From assembly GCA_010909165.1 (NCBI GenBank), contig VJWM01000011.1, positions 1,426,001-1,490,000 on the forward strand: a stretch of DNA of 64,000 nt. Reading direction: 5' to 3'. Below, in pieces: positions 42,825-57,367 of this stretch. The notes below the pieces were generated by a model. The model had not been told where the DNA came from. It was given only the letters and a program-made list of their open reading frames with translations, and made no database searches. The number at the start of each line of letters is the position of its first letter. Position 1 is the first letter of the stretch. Position numbers and translations under genes: made by a program. Source of the DNA: Anthoceros angustus (lineage: Eukaryota; Plantae; Anthocerotophyta).

Positions 42825-45360
42825 ATGGCATCTTCACCTATCTTATCTTCTAGCTCTCGTTCTTACAATATTGAGAAATTATCCAATCATAACTGGCATA
42901 CTTGGTCTTACAAAATCCATATGCTACTTAAGAAGTTAGGCCTTTGGCCTATATATAGTCAATGGCAAAAATCCTAAACCAGCATTTGGAGACGCTTCTG
43001 AAGCTGCTTGGATGATTCAAGACGACCATGCGCAACCAGAGATTGTTCTCCACTTAGGGGATCGACACATTGCTAAGGTCAAGCGGTTAACTCCATCCAA
43101 GGCCATTTGGGACAAGCTAACCGGTTGTTTTCAGGAGGTTAATTTAACCACTCGGCTACTACATCAGGATAAGCTTTCTACTTTAAAGCTAAAGGAAGGG
43201 GAATCTGTCACGGATTTTCTAACTCCATGGGAATAAGCTCTTGACGAGGCACTCTCGTCCGGCTTGGCAGTGGATGACGACATGCAGGTTATGTACTTGC
43301 TTCGGTCCATGGCCCCATCATGAAGATCATTTGTGTCTACCAAAGCTAGCTTAGCAACAACAGCTAATCCTCTGTCTCTTACTACTCTTTTGGCAAAAAT
43401 CCAGCATGAAGTTGTTTTAAGAGGTGAACATACATCAAATACTAATAATTCAGGTACCTCGGCCCTCTACGATGGGCCTGATAGACCAATCCGTAAGGTC
43501 AGGGCTCCTTTCCAACCTGGACCTAAGAACAAGTCACCTCCAAATAATCCGGTTTTTAAAAATCTAGTTCGCCATTATTGTAAGAAGAAGGTTCATATAG
43601 CCCTAGAGTGCCGCAAGCGCAAACAGGCTAAAGCAAGTGGCATAACTATTACTCCCAATCATACTTTTAACACTAAAGCAACGGCTTCTACTTCTACTTC
43701 TACATCTGCGGCACCATCTTATCTGTTTGCTGCTCACTCTTCTATGTTGTTACCGGTACCCATCCTTGATTAGTGGCTCTTTGATAGTGGCTGCATGGAG
43801 CATATGACTCCTAAGAGAGACTAACTTCTCACATATGATCCTTTACAGGAGAAGAAACCAGTTCATATTGATGACAACTACACCCTTATGGGTGTTGATA
43901 AAGGCATAGTACAAATTCAGATACAAGGCGTTATTGCCTATGTAAAAGATGTATTACATGTCACAGCCTTTCTCAAATTTTGCTATGTGCACATCGAGCC
44001 ACGTTGAAGGTTGGCAACTCCATTATCTTTTCAAGTCGAAGGTGTGAAGTAAAGTTGCAAGCATCTTATGGCCAAAGCTTGAAATTTGTATGTCGTCTGT
44101 TGGATGCCTGTCCTGACTTGTGGCCTAGCTCCTTTGACTATTGATCAATTGGATCACGTAACTTTGCCTCGGATCCTCCCTCATTCATTGAGTCACTACA
44201 AAGCTAAAGGAAGGGAATCACGGATTTTCTAACTCCATGGGAATAAGCTCTTGACGAGGCACTCGTCCGCTTGGATGGATGACGACATGCGGGTTATGTA
44301 CTTGGTCCATGGCCCCATCATGAAGATCATTTGTGTCTACTAAAGCTAGCTTAGCAACAACAGCTAATCCTCTGTCTCTTACTACTCTTTTGGCAAAATC
44401 CATGATGAAGTTGTTTTAAGAGGTGAACATACATCAAATACTAATAATTCAGGTACCTCGGCCCTCTACGATGGGCCTGATAGACCAATCCGTAAGGTCA
44501 GGGCTCCTTTCCAACCTGGACCTAAGAACAAGTCACCTCCAAATAATCCGGTTTTTAAAAATCTAGTTCGCCATTATTGTAAGAAGAAGGTTCATATAGC
44601 CCTAGAGTGCCGCAAGCGCAAACAGGCTAAAGCAAGTGGCATAACTATTACTCCCAATCATACTTTTAACACTAAAGCAACGGCTTCTACTTCTACTTCT
44701 ACATCTGCACCATCTTATCCTTTGCTCACTCTTCTATGTTGTTACCGTACCCATCCTTGATTAGTGGCTCTTTGATAGTGGGCATGGAGCATATGACTCC
44801 TAAGAGAGACTAACTTCTCACATATGATCCTTTACAGGAGAAGAAACCAGTTCATATTGATGACAACTACACCCTTATGGGTGTTGATAAAGGCATAGTA
44901 CAAATTCAGATACAAGGCGTTATTGCCTATGTAAAAGATGTATTACATGTCCCTGGCCTTTCTCAAATTTTGCTATGTGCACATCAGGCCACGTTGAAGG
45001 TTGGCAACTCCATTATCTTTTCAAGTCGAAGGTGTGAAGTAAAGTTGCAAGCATCTTATGGCCAAAGCTTGAAATTTGTATGTCGTCCTGTTGGATGCCT
45101 TTATCCTACAGCTTGTGGCCTAGCTCCTTTGACTATTGATCAATTGGATCCTGTAACTTTGCCCTCAGATCCTCCCTCATTCAGCCGAGTCACAAATACC
45201 AAGCTAAATCAACAGACCACATTGTGGCATTTGAGGTTATCCCATCTCCACATTCAGGGCTTACATAAAATGCAGAAGCACCAGATGGTTATAGGTTCAC
45301 CTAAGGTGTCTAACTTGTCTTTCTGCCCTGGTTGCCTTGTTGGCAAACAACATAGGTGTG
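42825..45360 (+). mobile_element. Ty1/copia gag-protease-GAG-pre-integrase fragment with a ~1.0-kb tandem duplication
   Basis: IEKLSNHNWHTWSYKIHMLL (gag), HYCKKKVHIALECRKR (zinc knuckle), WLFDSGCMEHMT (protease), LWHLRLSHLHIQGL...CPGCLVGKQHR. 43184-44200 is repeated at 44200-45207. Confidence 0.88.
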
Positions 45361-45639
45361 GAAGACCACATGTACACTAACCCCTCTCTGAAGTGCCGGG
45401 ATGAACGATTTTTTTTGTTTGGAGTGTGTTTGTTTGGCAAAGTGTCTTGAGAATCGCCGGGTAAGGTCTTTTATAAGGGGGTCCTTGGCCCTTGGTGATA
45501 ATAATTTTTTTTTTTGGACCTTAGGTTTTCGACTCCGGATAGGTAAGTCGGAAATAGAGTCCTTGGGTTTTGGTGAGAAAAAGAAAGTGTCTACATATGT
45601 TAGGGGTGCCCACAACTTGCCTCGATTCTTGGGTCAAGA

Positions 45640-46720
45640 GGAGGTGGCAGTTCCACGGTGGCGAAGAGCAGGGGCGTCACGAGGGGAGTTTACAACCCTA
45701 GTGGCGGCGGGCGGGGCGTCGGGCGCAGGCGAGGGGCAGACACACCCGGCACCGGTCGCAATTTCGGGCAGGGGCGTCGGAGGCGGGCTGCAGCCAAGGT
45801 GGCGCGCATGCTTGCTGGGCGAGTCTGTTTTTGTGCGGTGGGGCGCGCGTCGGTCAGTCGCGGCGGAAGGAAACCAGTGGCGAAAGCGAGGAGGAAAAGA
45901 GAGGCAAGGCGCCCAGTGGAGGGCGTCGAGGTGGTGTTCCCTTTTCGACCCGTCTGCGGTGGGTCGGGTTCTTTTCTGGAGAACAAGGAGAAAGGAGATG
46001 GCGCGCCGAAATCCCACCATGCAAATGGACCCTTTGGAAGGTGAGGAGGAGGCGTGCGGCGGTGGTGTTCCTTTTCGACCAGCGTCTGCAGTGGGTCGGG
46101 TTCTTTTCTGGAGAACAAGGAGAAAGGAGATGGCGCATGCGGAAATCCCACCATCGGTGGCCCAACATGGACCCTTTGGAAGGTGAGAGGCAGCGACTGG
46201 TGCAGGAGCTGGGTCTGGAATTTATGGAGAAGAAATGGTGTTCTGACGACCCGACATTGGTGCAAGAGTGCGCCCGGCAATTGAGAACAGTCGCAAGAGG
46301 CGGAGAAAGAGGCATAAGCGGGATTTGGGGCTCTTTCGGCGATGTATGGCGAAGCATCGGAGGATGGAAGCTTGGTAATTGACCCCGGAGAAAGACCACG
46401 AGGCTGCGGCGCTCATGAAACTGGAGAAGTGAGGGTGAACAATGGATGGGTGACTCGCCAACTCGTGTCTGCAGTGGTGGGATTAGCCAAGTGGATTTTG
46501 TGTTTCTGCGAGCAGGAAGTTGGATCATATGGCGGACCACTTCTGGTCTTTCTTCATGAGGTGGTTAAAGGTACACAAATCGATTGGGCGGATGATCTTT
46601 GAAAGAGCACTGTGAGGAAGGCAAATTTGCTCTCCCTTCCTCGGCCCTCCTTGATTTCACCTTTTCTAATTCATGTATTCGCATTAGTGTCTAGCAGTTG
46701 GAAGGCGTATGCCCTTCATA
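45640..46720 (+). other. Degenerate GC-rich ORF of probable retrotransposon-accessory type, with a ~125-bp internal tandem repeat
   Basis: ...MDPLEGERQRLVQELGLEFMEKKW...FLHEVVKGTQIDWADDL*...ISPFLIHVF, embedded between transposons. Family not identified. Confidence 0.35.
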
Positions 46721-47816
46721 GGCCGGTCGGGGAACTCAAGGTAGAGGAGGAGGAGTGTAAGGAGGATTAGGGAAGGATTCTGATTGGGAATCGCCTCCCT
46801 AGAAGATTCGGATGAAGGTGGGGAGGTTTCCAAGGGCAAGCGGAGGCGGCGGCAGGCAGGCGGGGGAAGAAGGGAAGGACGGCCGGAAGAGGAACCTGAC
46901 TACACCTAGGGTCACGGTCGAAATCGGCGGGAGGCAGGTGAAGGAGGAGAAAATAAAGGAAGCGACAAGTTGTTCCCCTCTCGGTGCGGGGGAGGAGTCA
47001 GCTAGGAGATTGGGCGGATGAGGAAGTAGTGGCAAACCAACCCCTAGAAGAAGAGGTTAGTTGACCAAGTCATGACGGACTGGAACATTTTGGCGACATT
47101 TTCCTGACGGTGAAGTGGAGACAGTGACACCGCTCGCGTCACGGTGTGGAGGGAATGGGCACGGGGCAACCAATTCGAGAATCTGACGACGACGGCCATG
47201 GCTCGAGGCCAGGCGGATCTCCTCGACCGACCATGGCTCTCACCGGCCGAGTGTGCAGGCCAACAGGAAAAGTTGCTCAAGGAAAAGTTGGAGCCTGGGC
47301 GAGAACAAGGTGGCGGAGGAGGAGGCCTTGAGGCAGGGAATGCTGGCGGCCCTATGCATACGAGGAGGCGGCTAAGGCCATGTCCACCCAGGAGGCCTTA
47401 GTGTCAGGTCAAGGCGCATGCTACAATTGAGGAGCTTCAAGATGAGGTCTCATGAGCCGGAACAATGGAAACAATGGCGCCTCTGGAGAAATTCAAGAAG
47501 GTGAGAGATACAGCGAGAGAGAGATGAAGCTAGGGCCGAGTCAAGAGGCGGAGCCAGAAGAGCCACGGCCGCGATGGGAAGCCACCCACTCGGAAGCCAC
47601 CACCACGGTGGCTAAACCGCCGTCGCGGAAGAAGGAACCGAGGTGGGGAAGTCACCGCAGGAGCTGAGATGGGAATCGACCCAGGATTCGGAGGCGGCAT
47701 TCGAGATTGTCCACGGGAGGAGGGTAAGAACCTCTCAGCGGAAGGCGTATTGTGCTTTCAGGCGTCGGATGAGGATGCTCATGTCACAGCCACGCATGGT
47801 GGCGGGTGCTCACTCT

Positions 47817-48010
47817 TGTAGCGTTTTGAGATATCGGATCGACGGATCACGTGCACCTAAAACTTGCAACATGAGTGTGTATATTTTGGGAAGGAACACA
47901 TACAACAAGTCCAAGTCTCACAAAGCAGTTGTGAGAAAACTAACTAAAGAGTGCCCTAATGACAAACCCTATGTATATTGCAATGAACAAATAAACTCAT
48001 GTTTCTAACA
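47817..48010 (-). repeat. 3' LTR of the Copia element
   Basis: Pairs with 57368-57560 and lies next to the PPT. Confidence 0.9.
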
Positions 48011-51000
48011 CCCCTCTCATTGAATATCGATATATTAGCAAAATGACGATTAAACCAAAGTAATTGTCAAACTCTAATTAGGGCGTGTACACACTAAAGC
48101 GGTGATCGGTCTTACGTGGTCTTCGCTCACTCCATTGTGTGTGCCTCGGCTCACGAGGCATGCACAATACGCTCATCTTCGTGATGTCCGGTTCTAGGCG
48201 CTCCATTGACCTATACACGAGGACACTCACTTGGTGAGAAATCCATAGCGCATCGAGGCGAGGTGCAAACACAGGAAATGGAAGACGCCACTCCGCTCGC
48301 TCCAGTTGTTGCAGAATCTCCTGGCATGGCGGCGCTCAAGCACGTGCAAGTGCGCATTTGCTCCTCTGTGCCCTATCCATCCAAAGGAGGCTATACGCAA
48401 GATGGTAGCGGAGGTGCGGCTCGACCGGCGGAGATGCTGCAGTGCAAATGAGAGGAGGCAAAGTGGTGCGGAGGTTGCTTATCTCAAGCAGCGCAACATC
48501 TTCAAACACTTTGCTCCCCCCTGCTACAACTATGCTAAGGCAGACGGGCCAGCGAAGAATTTGGACACATGGTAATTCCCGAGAACTATGAGCCCGAGAC
48601 TTCGCCTCTAGGTCACACTGTCACAAGATGAGAAGGGTGGTGACAGACGGAGACGGTGCCAACGATCCTGGAACACCTGAAGTTTATATCTGTCCTATCT
48701 CAAAGGTGACCATGTTCAGACAAAACTGGTGGAGATGGGGAGGACAGGATGGAAACTTTGTGTCCTATTATGGTAAGGTTTCAGCATGTCTAATTTGTAT
48801 GCCCACTGTTGTTGTGGTTTGACACTGCTGTTAACAAATACATCGGGTGTCCAGTATCACGAGAGAGGATGGGCGAGAGTCGTGATTTGGATGGGCGAGA
48901 GCGAAGGCGTATCGAGGCGACAAGCGACTTTGACTCTAATTCCATTGGGCTCAGGCGAGCAAGAGAGGAAAGTCAAGGGCTCATCCCCTCTACCTCAAGG
49001 CTCGAGGTCGACCACTTTAAGGGATAGTCACATAAGTAGAGGCTAATATTAAGTGAACCGCTTGTCTACCCTGAGACTCCTCGACAAACTCTTTTCTTGT
49101 TGTGGGACACGTTTGATGTGTGAAGTGGTTCTAAGACACCCAAGGCCTCTTTGAATTGATAATGCTTCGCCCTATGTAAGGATTTGGTAAGTATGTCTGC
49201 AGCATTTGAATCTGTTGGCACATATTCCAGTTTAACCTGTTTGGTCTCAACAGCATGCCGTATGAAGTGATGATGAACTTCCACATGCCTGGTTCTAGCA
49301 TGGAATACTGGATTTTGTGCCAATGCTAGTGCAGACTGATTGTCACAATATATCACGGTTGGTTCTTTCTGTGGTTGTCCAAGATCAGCCAACAACCTTC
49401 GCAGCCATATTGCTTCCTTAGATGCCTGTGTCAGGGCAGAATACTCTGCCTCCGTCGATGAAAGAGACACGGATGTTTGCTTCTTTGAAGACCATGTTAC
49501 TGCTCCACCAGCAAGTAAGAAGGCATAGGCGGCAGACCTTCTCGTGTCGGGATCTGCCGCCCGGTCAGAAGACCAACAAGTGTGAGTTCCTCACCTTCAT
49601 AACTCGCTTGGTATAATGTATACCATGATCGCCCTTTAAGATATCGCAATATCGTTTATGTGACGGTGTGTCTTTCCCGGATTTTTGATATCTTTGCGAA
49701 ACCATACTCCGGAAGAGCTACATCGATCATTATTGGAGCAATAAATTAAAGAACCAAGCTTGGGCATAGGGGCCTCCATCTCCGCTTGTCAAGATTGCCA
49801 TCGGAGACGAGGCGCCAACTTGCTTCACCTCAAGAGGTGTACATTGCCTTTGCCTCCTGAAGCTTATATTTATAAAGCATGTCCAAGATATAGCCGATGA
49901 ATCACAGTACCGCTTGTCTCAGACATGTGTGCCAAGGCGAGGACAACTCCCCAACATCTACCATTTCAAAGCGACTAGACAGCAAGCCCTTTACTTTGGT
50001 AATTCCTCCGTGTCCGTCCCTAACGATACAATCATCTACATACAGGCTAATATGACAAAACCCGTTTGCTCTTGCATAAGATAGACATTTGTATCGTGTG
50101 CTTTTAAGAAAACCTAGACCTAAGAGAAATTCATCTATGCACTCATACCATGCACGAGGACTGCTTTTAAACCGTAGATTGTCTTAGGAGTCGGACCCAA
50201 TCCTCCTTTCCTTCAACCTCAAACCCCTCGTGTTCCGCATGAATATGTCTTCCTCTAACTTCCCATGTAAAAGGCGGTCTTGACATCCATCGATGGATGA
50301 AAAGGCCAAAGAATCTGGAACATGGAGAAGAGAACCCGAGGGAGACTTGACAGGACTAAAAGTGTCATGGTAATCTAAGCCGGGACACTGAGAAACCTCG
50401 AGCAACTAACCTGGCCTTATACTTGGAGATAGAGCCATCCGCCTTATATTTCAACTTGAACACCCACTTGAGGTGACAATTTTCCTCCCCGAGGCGGAGG
50501 AACTATCTTCAGTGTTATTGTGTATCAACGAATCATACTCGAGTTGATTGCAGCTTGCCAAAGCTTGGCCTCTAGCCCACTAACCGCCTTGTAGCTTTGG
50601 GGTTCATGACCAGTTCAAAGGCCAAGGTAACCATGTCGACCACCACTTCATCCGCAATTTGAACCATGGGGTGCGGGTACCTTCAAGTCTTCACTGCGGT
50701 AAGGAGGTTCCGTCCAGTTCTCACGTGATCGATGCACTCGAGCTGACCGTCTAAGTGGTGCAGGTTGAGGTACAGGCATGACGTACTCAACAGGATCATC
50801 GTCAAACCAATCAGGGTTTTGGATATGACCAGGTGAATCGAGCTCATCACCGGACTGAGCATGTTCAGCGTGTCCAAGAGGCAGATTGTTATCATCATCG
50901 ATGATGAGGATATCGGTGCCAACTGTGGATGTACTGGGTTTAGATTATCAGGTGGGACTGGAGGGGCAGCATACTCTGTATATGAAGGATCAGTCTCTGG

Positions 51001-54000
51001 AAACGTGACATAGGCAGGGTCACTAACGTCATCTACATCTGTCTCTACAGGCTGAACATCCAACTTTACGACATCAGGATCTGTGAAGTCATCGTGAGGG
51101 TGAACTGGAGGGTTAAGTACAGATCTCTCATCAAAGACAACTGTCCTGGCATGTGACACTCTACGAGTGGTTGGATCGAACAACTTGTGATACTGCTCCT
51201 TAGCCTATAAAGATGTGGCTTAGACTTATAGGCAAACTTGTGACGGAGTTTATCGAGAATGTGTGCATATGCTATGCTACCAAAAACTCGAAGGTGTGAC
51301 GGTCGGGTTTGACTCCGTCCAAGCTTGAAAGGTGTCTGACCATGAAGAGAAGAAACAGCAGTACAATTTTGCAGGTACGTTGACACTTGCACCAAAATCA
51401 TCGATAGCCTCCACGATAGAGAGAAGAGCTCTAGCATCCGAATGGTTCTGTCTTCTCTCGGCCATTCATGTCTCGAGTGGTATGGAATTGTGAGTTGTCG
51501 AGTAATCCCCTCTCCGGCAATACTCCGAAAAGTCAGATAAATACTCCTTTCCATTATCGAGCGGATACACTTTAATTTGTAACCGTCTCTCTGTTATATG
51601 CTACGCTTGGCTGGAACACATCACTCTTGTGGCGAAGGAGTTCTGTCACAGTAAAATGTGACTTGTCATCTTCAAACACGACGAAATATCTTGCACCTCC
51701 CCAAGAGTTCACAGACATAGGTCCACATATGTCGGTATGAACCAGGTCAAGTATTTATGTAGCCTTTCTTGGTTTTCCACTACCAAAATGGGATTTGAAT
51801 TGTTTACCATGCACACAGGCCACGCACAGATCAATGTCAATAAGTTCCTTCTCACTAAAACCAGTTACCATCCTTCTCGAAGAAGTCTCCTCATCGCTTG
51901 GATATTGGGATGTCCCAAGTGACAGTGCCATTTAAATGCATTGCTTGAGGTGCCATTGGTACTAACATCAGTAACGTTAACTGATGCAGGTGGAACGTCT
52001 GAAGCAAAATCTAGCAAATAAAGGTCGAACAGAGGGGTCCCTCGAGCAATCACCACTGAAGGTACTGGCAGTCTAGAAATATGGCATTCAATACCTTCGA
52101 ATGTGATTAGACCGGCTGTCTTCCCAAGTGCCATAGTGCTAACCAAGTTCTTTGCAAGTCTGGAACATGGAGAAGAGAACCACGAGGGAGACTTGACAGG
52201 GACTAAAAGTGTCATGGTAATCTAAGCCGGGACACATGAGAAACCTCGAGCAACTAACGCCTTATACTTGGAGATAGAGCCATCCGCCTTATATTTCAAC
52301 TTGAACACCCACTTGAGGTGACAATTTTCCTCCCCGAGGCGGAGGAACTATCTTCCAGGTGTTATTGTGTATCAACGAATCATACTCGGAGTTGATTGCA
52401 GCTTGCCAAAGCTTGGCCTCTGGCCCACTAACAGCTTCCTTGTAGCTTTGTGGTTCATGACCAGGTTCAAAGGCCAAGGTAACCATGTCGACCACCACTT
52501 CATCTGTAGCTGAACCATGGGGTCTGGGTACTTGCCTGAAGTCTTCACTGCGGTAAGGAGGTTCCGTCCAGTTCTCACGTGATCGATGCACTCGAGCTGA
52601 CCGTCTAAGTGGTGCAGGTTGAGGTACAGGCATGACGTACTCAACAGGATCATCGTCAAATATCAAGATTTGAATATGACCGGTGAATCGAGCTCATCAC
52701 CGGATGAGCACGTGTCCAAGAGGCGATTGTTATCATCATCGATGATCGGGAGGATATCTCGGTGCCAACTGTGGATGTCTGGGTTTAGATTATCGGGTGG
52801 GGAGGCGGCATACTCGATATGAAGGATCACCTGGAAACGTGACATAGGCGGGGTCACTAACGTCATCTACATCTCTCTACAGTGAACATCCAACTTTACG
52901 ACATCGAGGATCTGTGAAGTCATCGTGAGGGTGAGGGAAAGAGATCTCTCATCAAAGACAATCGTCGGCATGTGACACTCTACAGTGGTTGGATCGAACA
53001 ACTTGTGATACTGCTCCTTAGCCTATAAAGATGTGGCTTAGACTTATAGGCAAACTTGTGACGGAGTTTATCGAGAATGTGTGCATATGCTATGCTACCA
53101 AAACTCGAAGGTGTGACGGTCGGGTTTGACTCCGTCCAAGCTTGAAAGGTGTCTGACCATGAAGAGAAGAAAGCAGTAATTTTGCAGTGCGTTGACACTT
53201 GCTAAAATCGGTGATAGCCTCCCCGATAGAAGAGCTCTAGCATCCGAATGGTTCTGTCTTCTCTCGGCCATTCATGTCGAGTGGTATGGAATTGTGAGTT
53301 GTCGAGTAATCCCCTCTCCGGCAATACTCCGAAAAGTCAGATGATAAATACTCCTTTCCATTATCGAGCGGATACACTTTAATTTGTAACCGTCTCTCTG
53401 TTATATGCTACGCTTGGCTGGAACACATCACTCTTGTGGCGAAGGAGTTACATCACGATGAAATGTGACTTGTGATCATCTTCAAACACGACGAAATATC
53501 TTGCCTCCCCAAGAGTTCACGGACATAGGTCCACATATGTCGGTATGAACGTCAAGTATTTATGTAGCCTTTCTTGGTTTTCCACTACCAAAATGGGATT
53601 TGAATTGTTTACCATGCACACAGCACGGATCAATGTCAATAAGTTCCTTCTCACTAAAACCGTTACCATCCTTCTCAAGAAGTCTCCTCATCGCTTGGAT
53701 ATTGGGATGTCCCAGCGTGCCATTTAAATGCATTGCTTGAGGTGCCATTGGTACTAACATCGATGCGTTAAGCGATGCGGTGGAGCGTCAAGCAAAATCT
53801 AGCAAATAAAGGTCGACAGAGGGTCCCTCGAGCAATCACCAAGGTCTTGGCGTCTAGAAATATGGCATTCGATACCTTCGAATGTGATTCTGTACTGGCC
53901 TGTCTTCCCAAGTGCCATAGTGCTAACCAAGTTCTTTGCAAGTGCTGGAACATGTAAAGCTCTCTCCAAAAGTAGGTAACTTCCGTCCTTCAAAGTGATT

Positions 54001-57000
54001 TGAATGTCTCCTGATCCTTTGATTGGAATGGTTGAGTTATCTCCTAATACCACGGCTGTCTGTTGGCATGTGGGAGATGGCTCATATGTGATAAAAGACT
54101 TTCTCTTTGAACACATATGATTGGAGGCTCCACTGTCCAGGAACCATTTCTGACAGTCTTTAGTGGAAGAACTGAGATATGCAACTAACAGACCTGGTGT
54201 AGAAGCCCTAGCAGTGTGAGCTTCACTTTGTTTACCTTTTGCACTCTCATCTCTGACTTTCTTCCTACAATCCTTTACCCAGTGGCCTGGCTTTCCACAA
54301 TAATTACAATTCCTGTGCTTGAGGTAGAATTAGAATTGGAGGATGGTGACCAAGGTAGAAAGGATGATGATACAACCTCTACCCCGCCAAAACCACCCCT
54401 ACCTCTACCTGCCTCTACCCCAAACCACCCCTACCTCTACCTCTGCCTCTACCATGCCCCCTACCCCTACCAGAGAACAAGGTCAGATTATCACTCATGA
54501 GGGCATAAGAAGCGGAAGAATTACCCTTCATTTGTTTTCTATTCGCTTCAAATTGCAGCAAAGCTCCTACAACCTTCTGCGCAGACGGGTTAGAAGTTGC
54601 GGGTCAAGGTGTATAATGCTGCTGGATGTTTGAAGGCTTGAGCTAAAGAATTCATAACTTGATGGAAGTGAAAGTAATAGTGAATGCCGCCTTGATTACG
54701 AGATGATTACTCCGCAGAAGCAAGTCCGCTCTGCAGCCCTAAACTTAGAGACATGGCTCTCGGAGTCACTCTCTTTCATGCGTCCTGGTAACGCAGCTGT
54801 AGCCGCAGCCTCCGCTACCATATCCTTTGTATCATAGGTGTCGATAGCAATGACCAAACCTCGTTTGAAGTTTGCGTCATTTTTATATGAGGTATCATCT
54901 CTTGAGACACGGAAGCCACAAGTATGTTTCTTGCCTTCCTGTCTTTATGCTTCCATTCTAACTCATCCTTCTGTGTATATGTAGGTACCGTACCACCAGG
55001 TGTAGACGGTCCAGAGGGCTGACCAGCAATTTTTCTTGGTACAGTCCCATCGACAACATCCATCAAAAGCTTCTCATCTAAGATGCAACGCACCCTCAAG
55101 CTCCGGGCATCAAAATTATGAGAGGTCACGATCCTTCCCCGTAACTGCACTCAAAGGTCGTGGATTAGAAGACCCCATGATGCACAGTAGCCACAACTTA
55201 TGACTCAAAGAGGAACAGCGCGAGCCAAGCCTCGAGGTCACAATGTCTTGTTCTTGCTTCGCCATTGTCACAAGGTCGAAACCCGCAATCTCTCAAGTCG
55301 ATCCTGCCTTTGATCAGAGGTTATCGACGCGTGGTGTACTCCGACAAAGTGCTCCGCATATTCAAGATGGAATTAATAACATCATGTTCAAGAACCTTTC
55401 TTGGTAATGCCGGATTCAATTGTGCGTAATTTGATGGAGTTAAATTGTGCCGATGTTTGAAGGCTTGAGCTAAAGAATTCATAACTTGATGGAAGTGAAA
55501 GTAGTAGGTGAGCTGCGCCCTTGATTACGAGATGATTACTCCGCAGAAGCAAGTCCGCTCGCAGCCCTAAACTTAGAGACATGGCTCTCGGAGTCACTCT
55601 CTTTCATGCGAAGTGTATCGAGAAGCTGCTCGCTACATATCCTTTGTATCATAGGTGTCGATAGCAATGACCAAACCTCGTTTGAAGTTTGCGTCATTTT
55701 TATATGAGGTATCATCTCTTGAGACACGGAAGCCACAAGTATGTTTCTTGCCTTCCGCCTTTATGCTTCCATTCTAACTCATCCTTCGTATATGTAGGTA
55801 CCGCATCACTGTGTGTAGACGGTCCGGAGGGCTGACCAGCAATTTTTCTTGGTACACCCCATCGACAACATCCATCAAAAGCTTCTCATCTAAGATGCAA
55901 CGCACTCAAGCTCCGGGCATCAAAATTATGAGAGGTCACGATCCTTCCCCGTAACTGCACTCAAAGGTCGTGGATTAGAAGACCCCATGATGCGTAGCCA
56001 CAACTTATGACTCAAAGAGGAACAGCGCGAGCCAAGCCTCGAGGTCACAATGTCTTGTTCTTGCTTCGCCATTGTCACAAGGTCGAAACCCGCAATCTCT
56101 CAAGTCGATCCTGCCTTTGATCAGAGGTTATCGCGACGTGGTGTACTCCGACAAAGTGCTCCGCATATTCAAGATGGAATTAATAACATCATGTTCAAGA
56201 ACCTTTCTTGGTAATGCCGGATTCAATTGTGCGTAATTTGATGGAGTTAAATTGTGCCGATGTTTGAAGGCTTGAGCTAAAGAATTCATAACTTGATGGA
56301 AGTGAAAGTAGTAGGTGACGCCTTGATTACGAGATGATTACTCCGCAGAAGCAAGTCGCTCGAGCCCTAAACTTAGAGACATGGCTCTCGGAGTCACTCT
56401 CTTTCATGCGAAGTGTATCGAGAAGCTGCTCGCTACATATCCTTTGTATCATAGGTGTCGATAGCAATGACCAAACCTCGTTTGAAGTTTGCGTCATTTT
56501 TATATGAGGTATCATCTCTTGAGACACGGAAGCCACAAGTATGTTTCTTGCCTCTTTATGCTTCCATTCTAACTCATCCTTCTGTATATGTAGGTGCATA
56601 CCACGGTGTAGACGGTCCGGAGGGCGACCAGCAATTTTTCTTGTACGGTCCATCGACAACATCCATCAAAAGCTTCTCATCTAAGATGCAACGCACCACG
56701 AAGCTCCGGGCATCAAAATTATGAGAGGTCATCGATCCTTCTCCTGTCAGAGACCCGTGTCGGGATTAGAAGACCCCATGATGCACAGTAGCCACAACTT
56801 GACTCAAGAGGAGCGGCAGGCGAGCCAAGCTGCTCCCACATCGATATCTTGTTCTTGCTTCGCCATTGTCACAAGATCGAAACCCGCAATCTCTCAAGTC
56901 GATCCCTTGGTTGGGTTATCGACGCGCGTGGTGTACTCCGACAAAGTGCTCCGCATATTCAAGATGGAATTGAATAACATCATGTTCAAAACCTTTCTTG

Positions 57001-57367
57001 GTAATGCTTGGATTCGATGCGGTGATGGAGTTAAATTTGTATCTTGATTCCGCGGAGGCCGCCTCACTTGGGGTTGATTAAATTCTGATTCAGAATCCCG
57101 GCATTCCACTGCAGGGAATTGAGAATTGACAAGAACGAGAAAGCGTGATCTTTCAATTCTTTCAGCAGCAGAAGCTCCTCTCTTGAAGTATTTCCTCTCA
57201 AATGCGATCGAGGAATGGTATTCTTTCCTTATCGACTCGCCGGATTGCCTAAGATGATTTCTGCGAGGCATCCCGCCTATCCGCAGCTAGGGTTTCGATG
57301 TCTTATGCATGTGACAATGGCTAGAGACAAACTAATGAAAGCAAGACACCGCATGGTTTCGATACCA

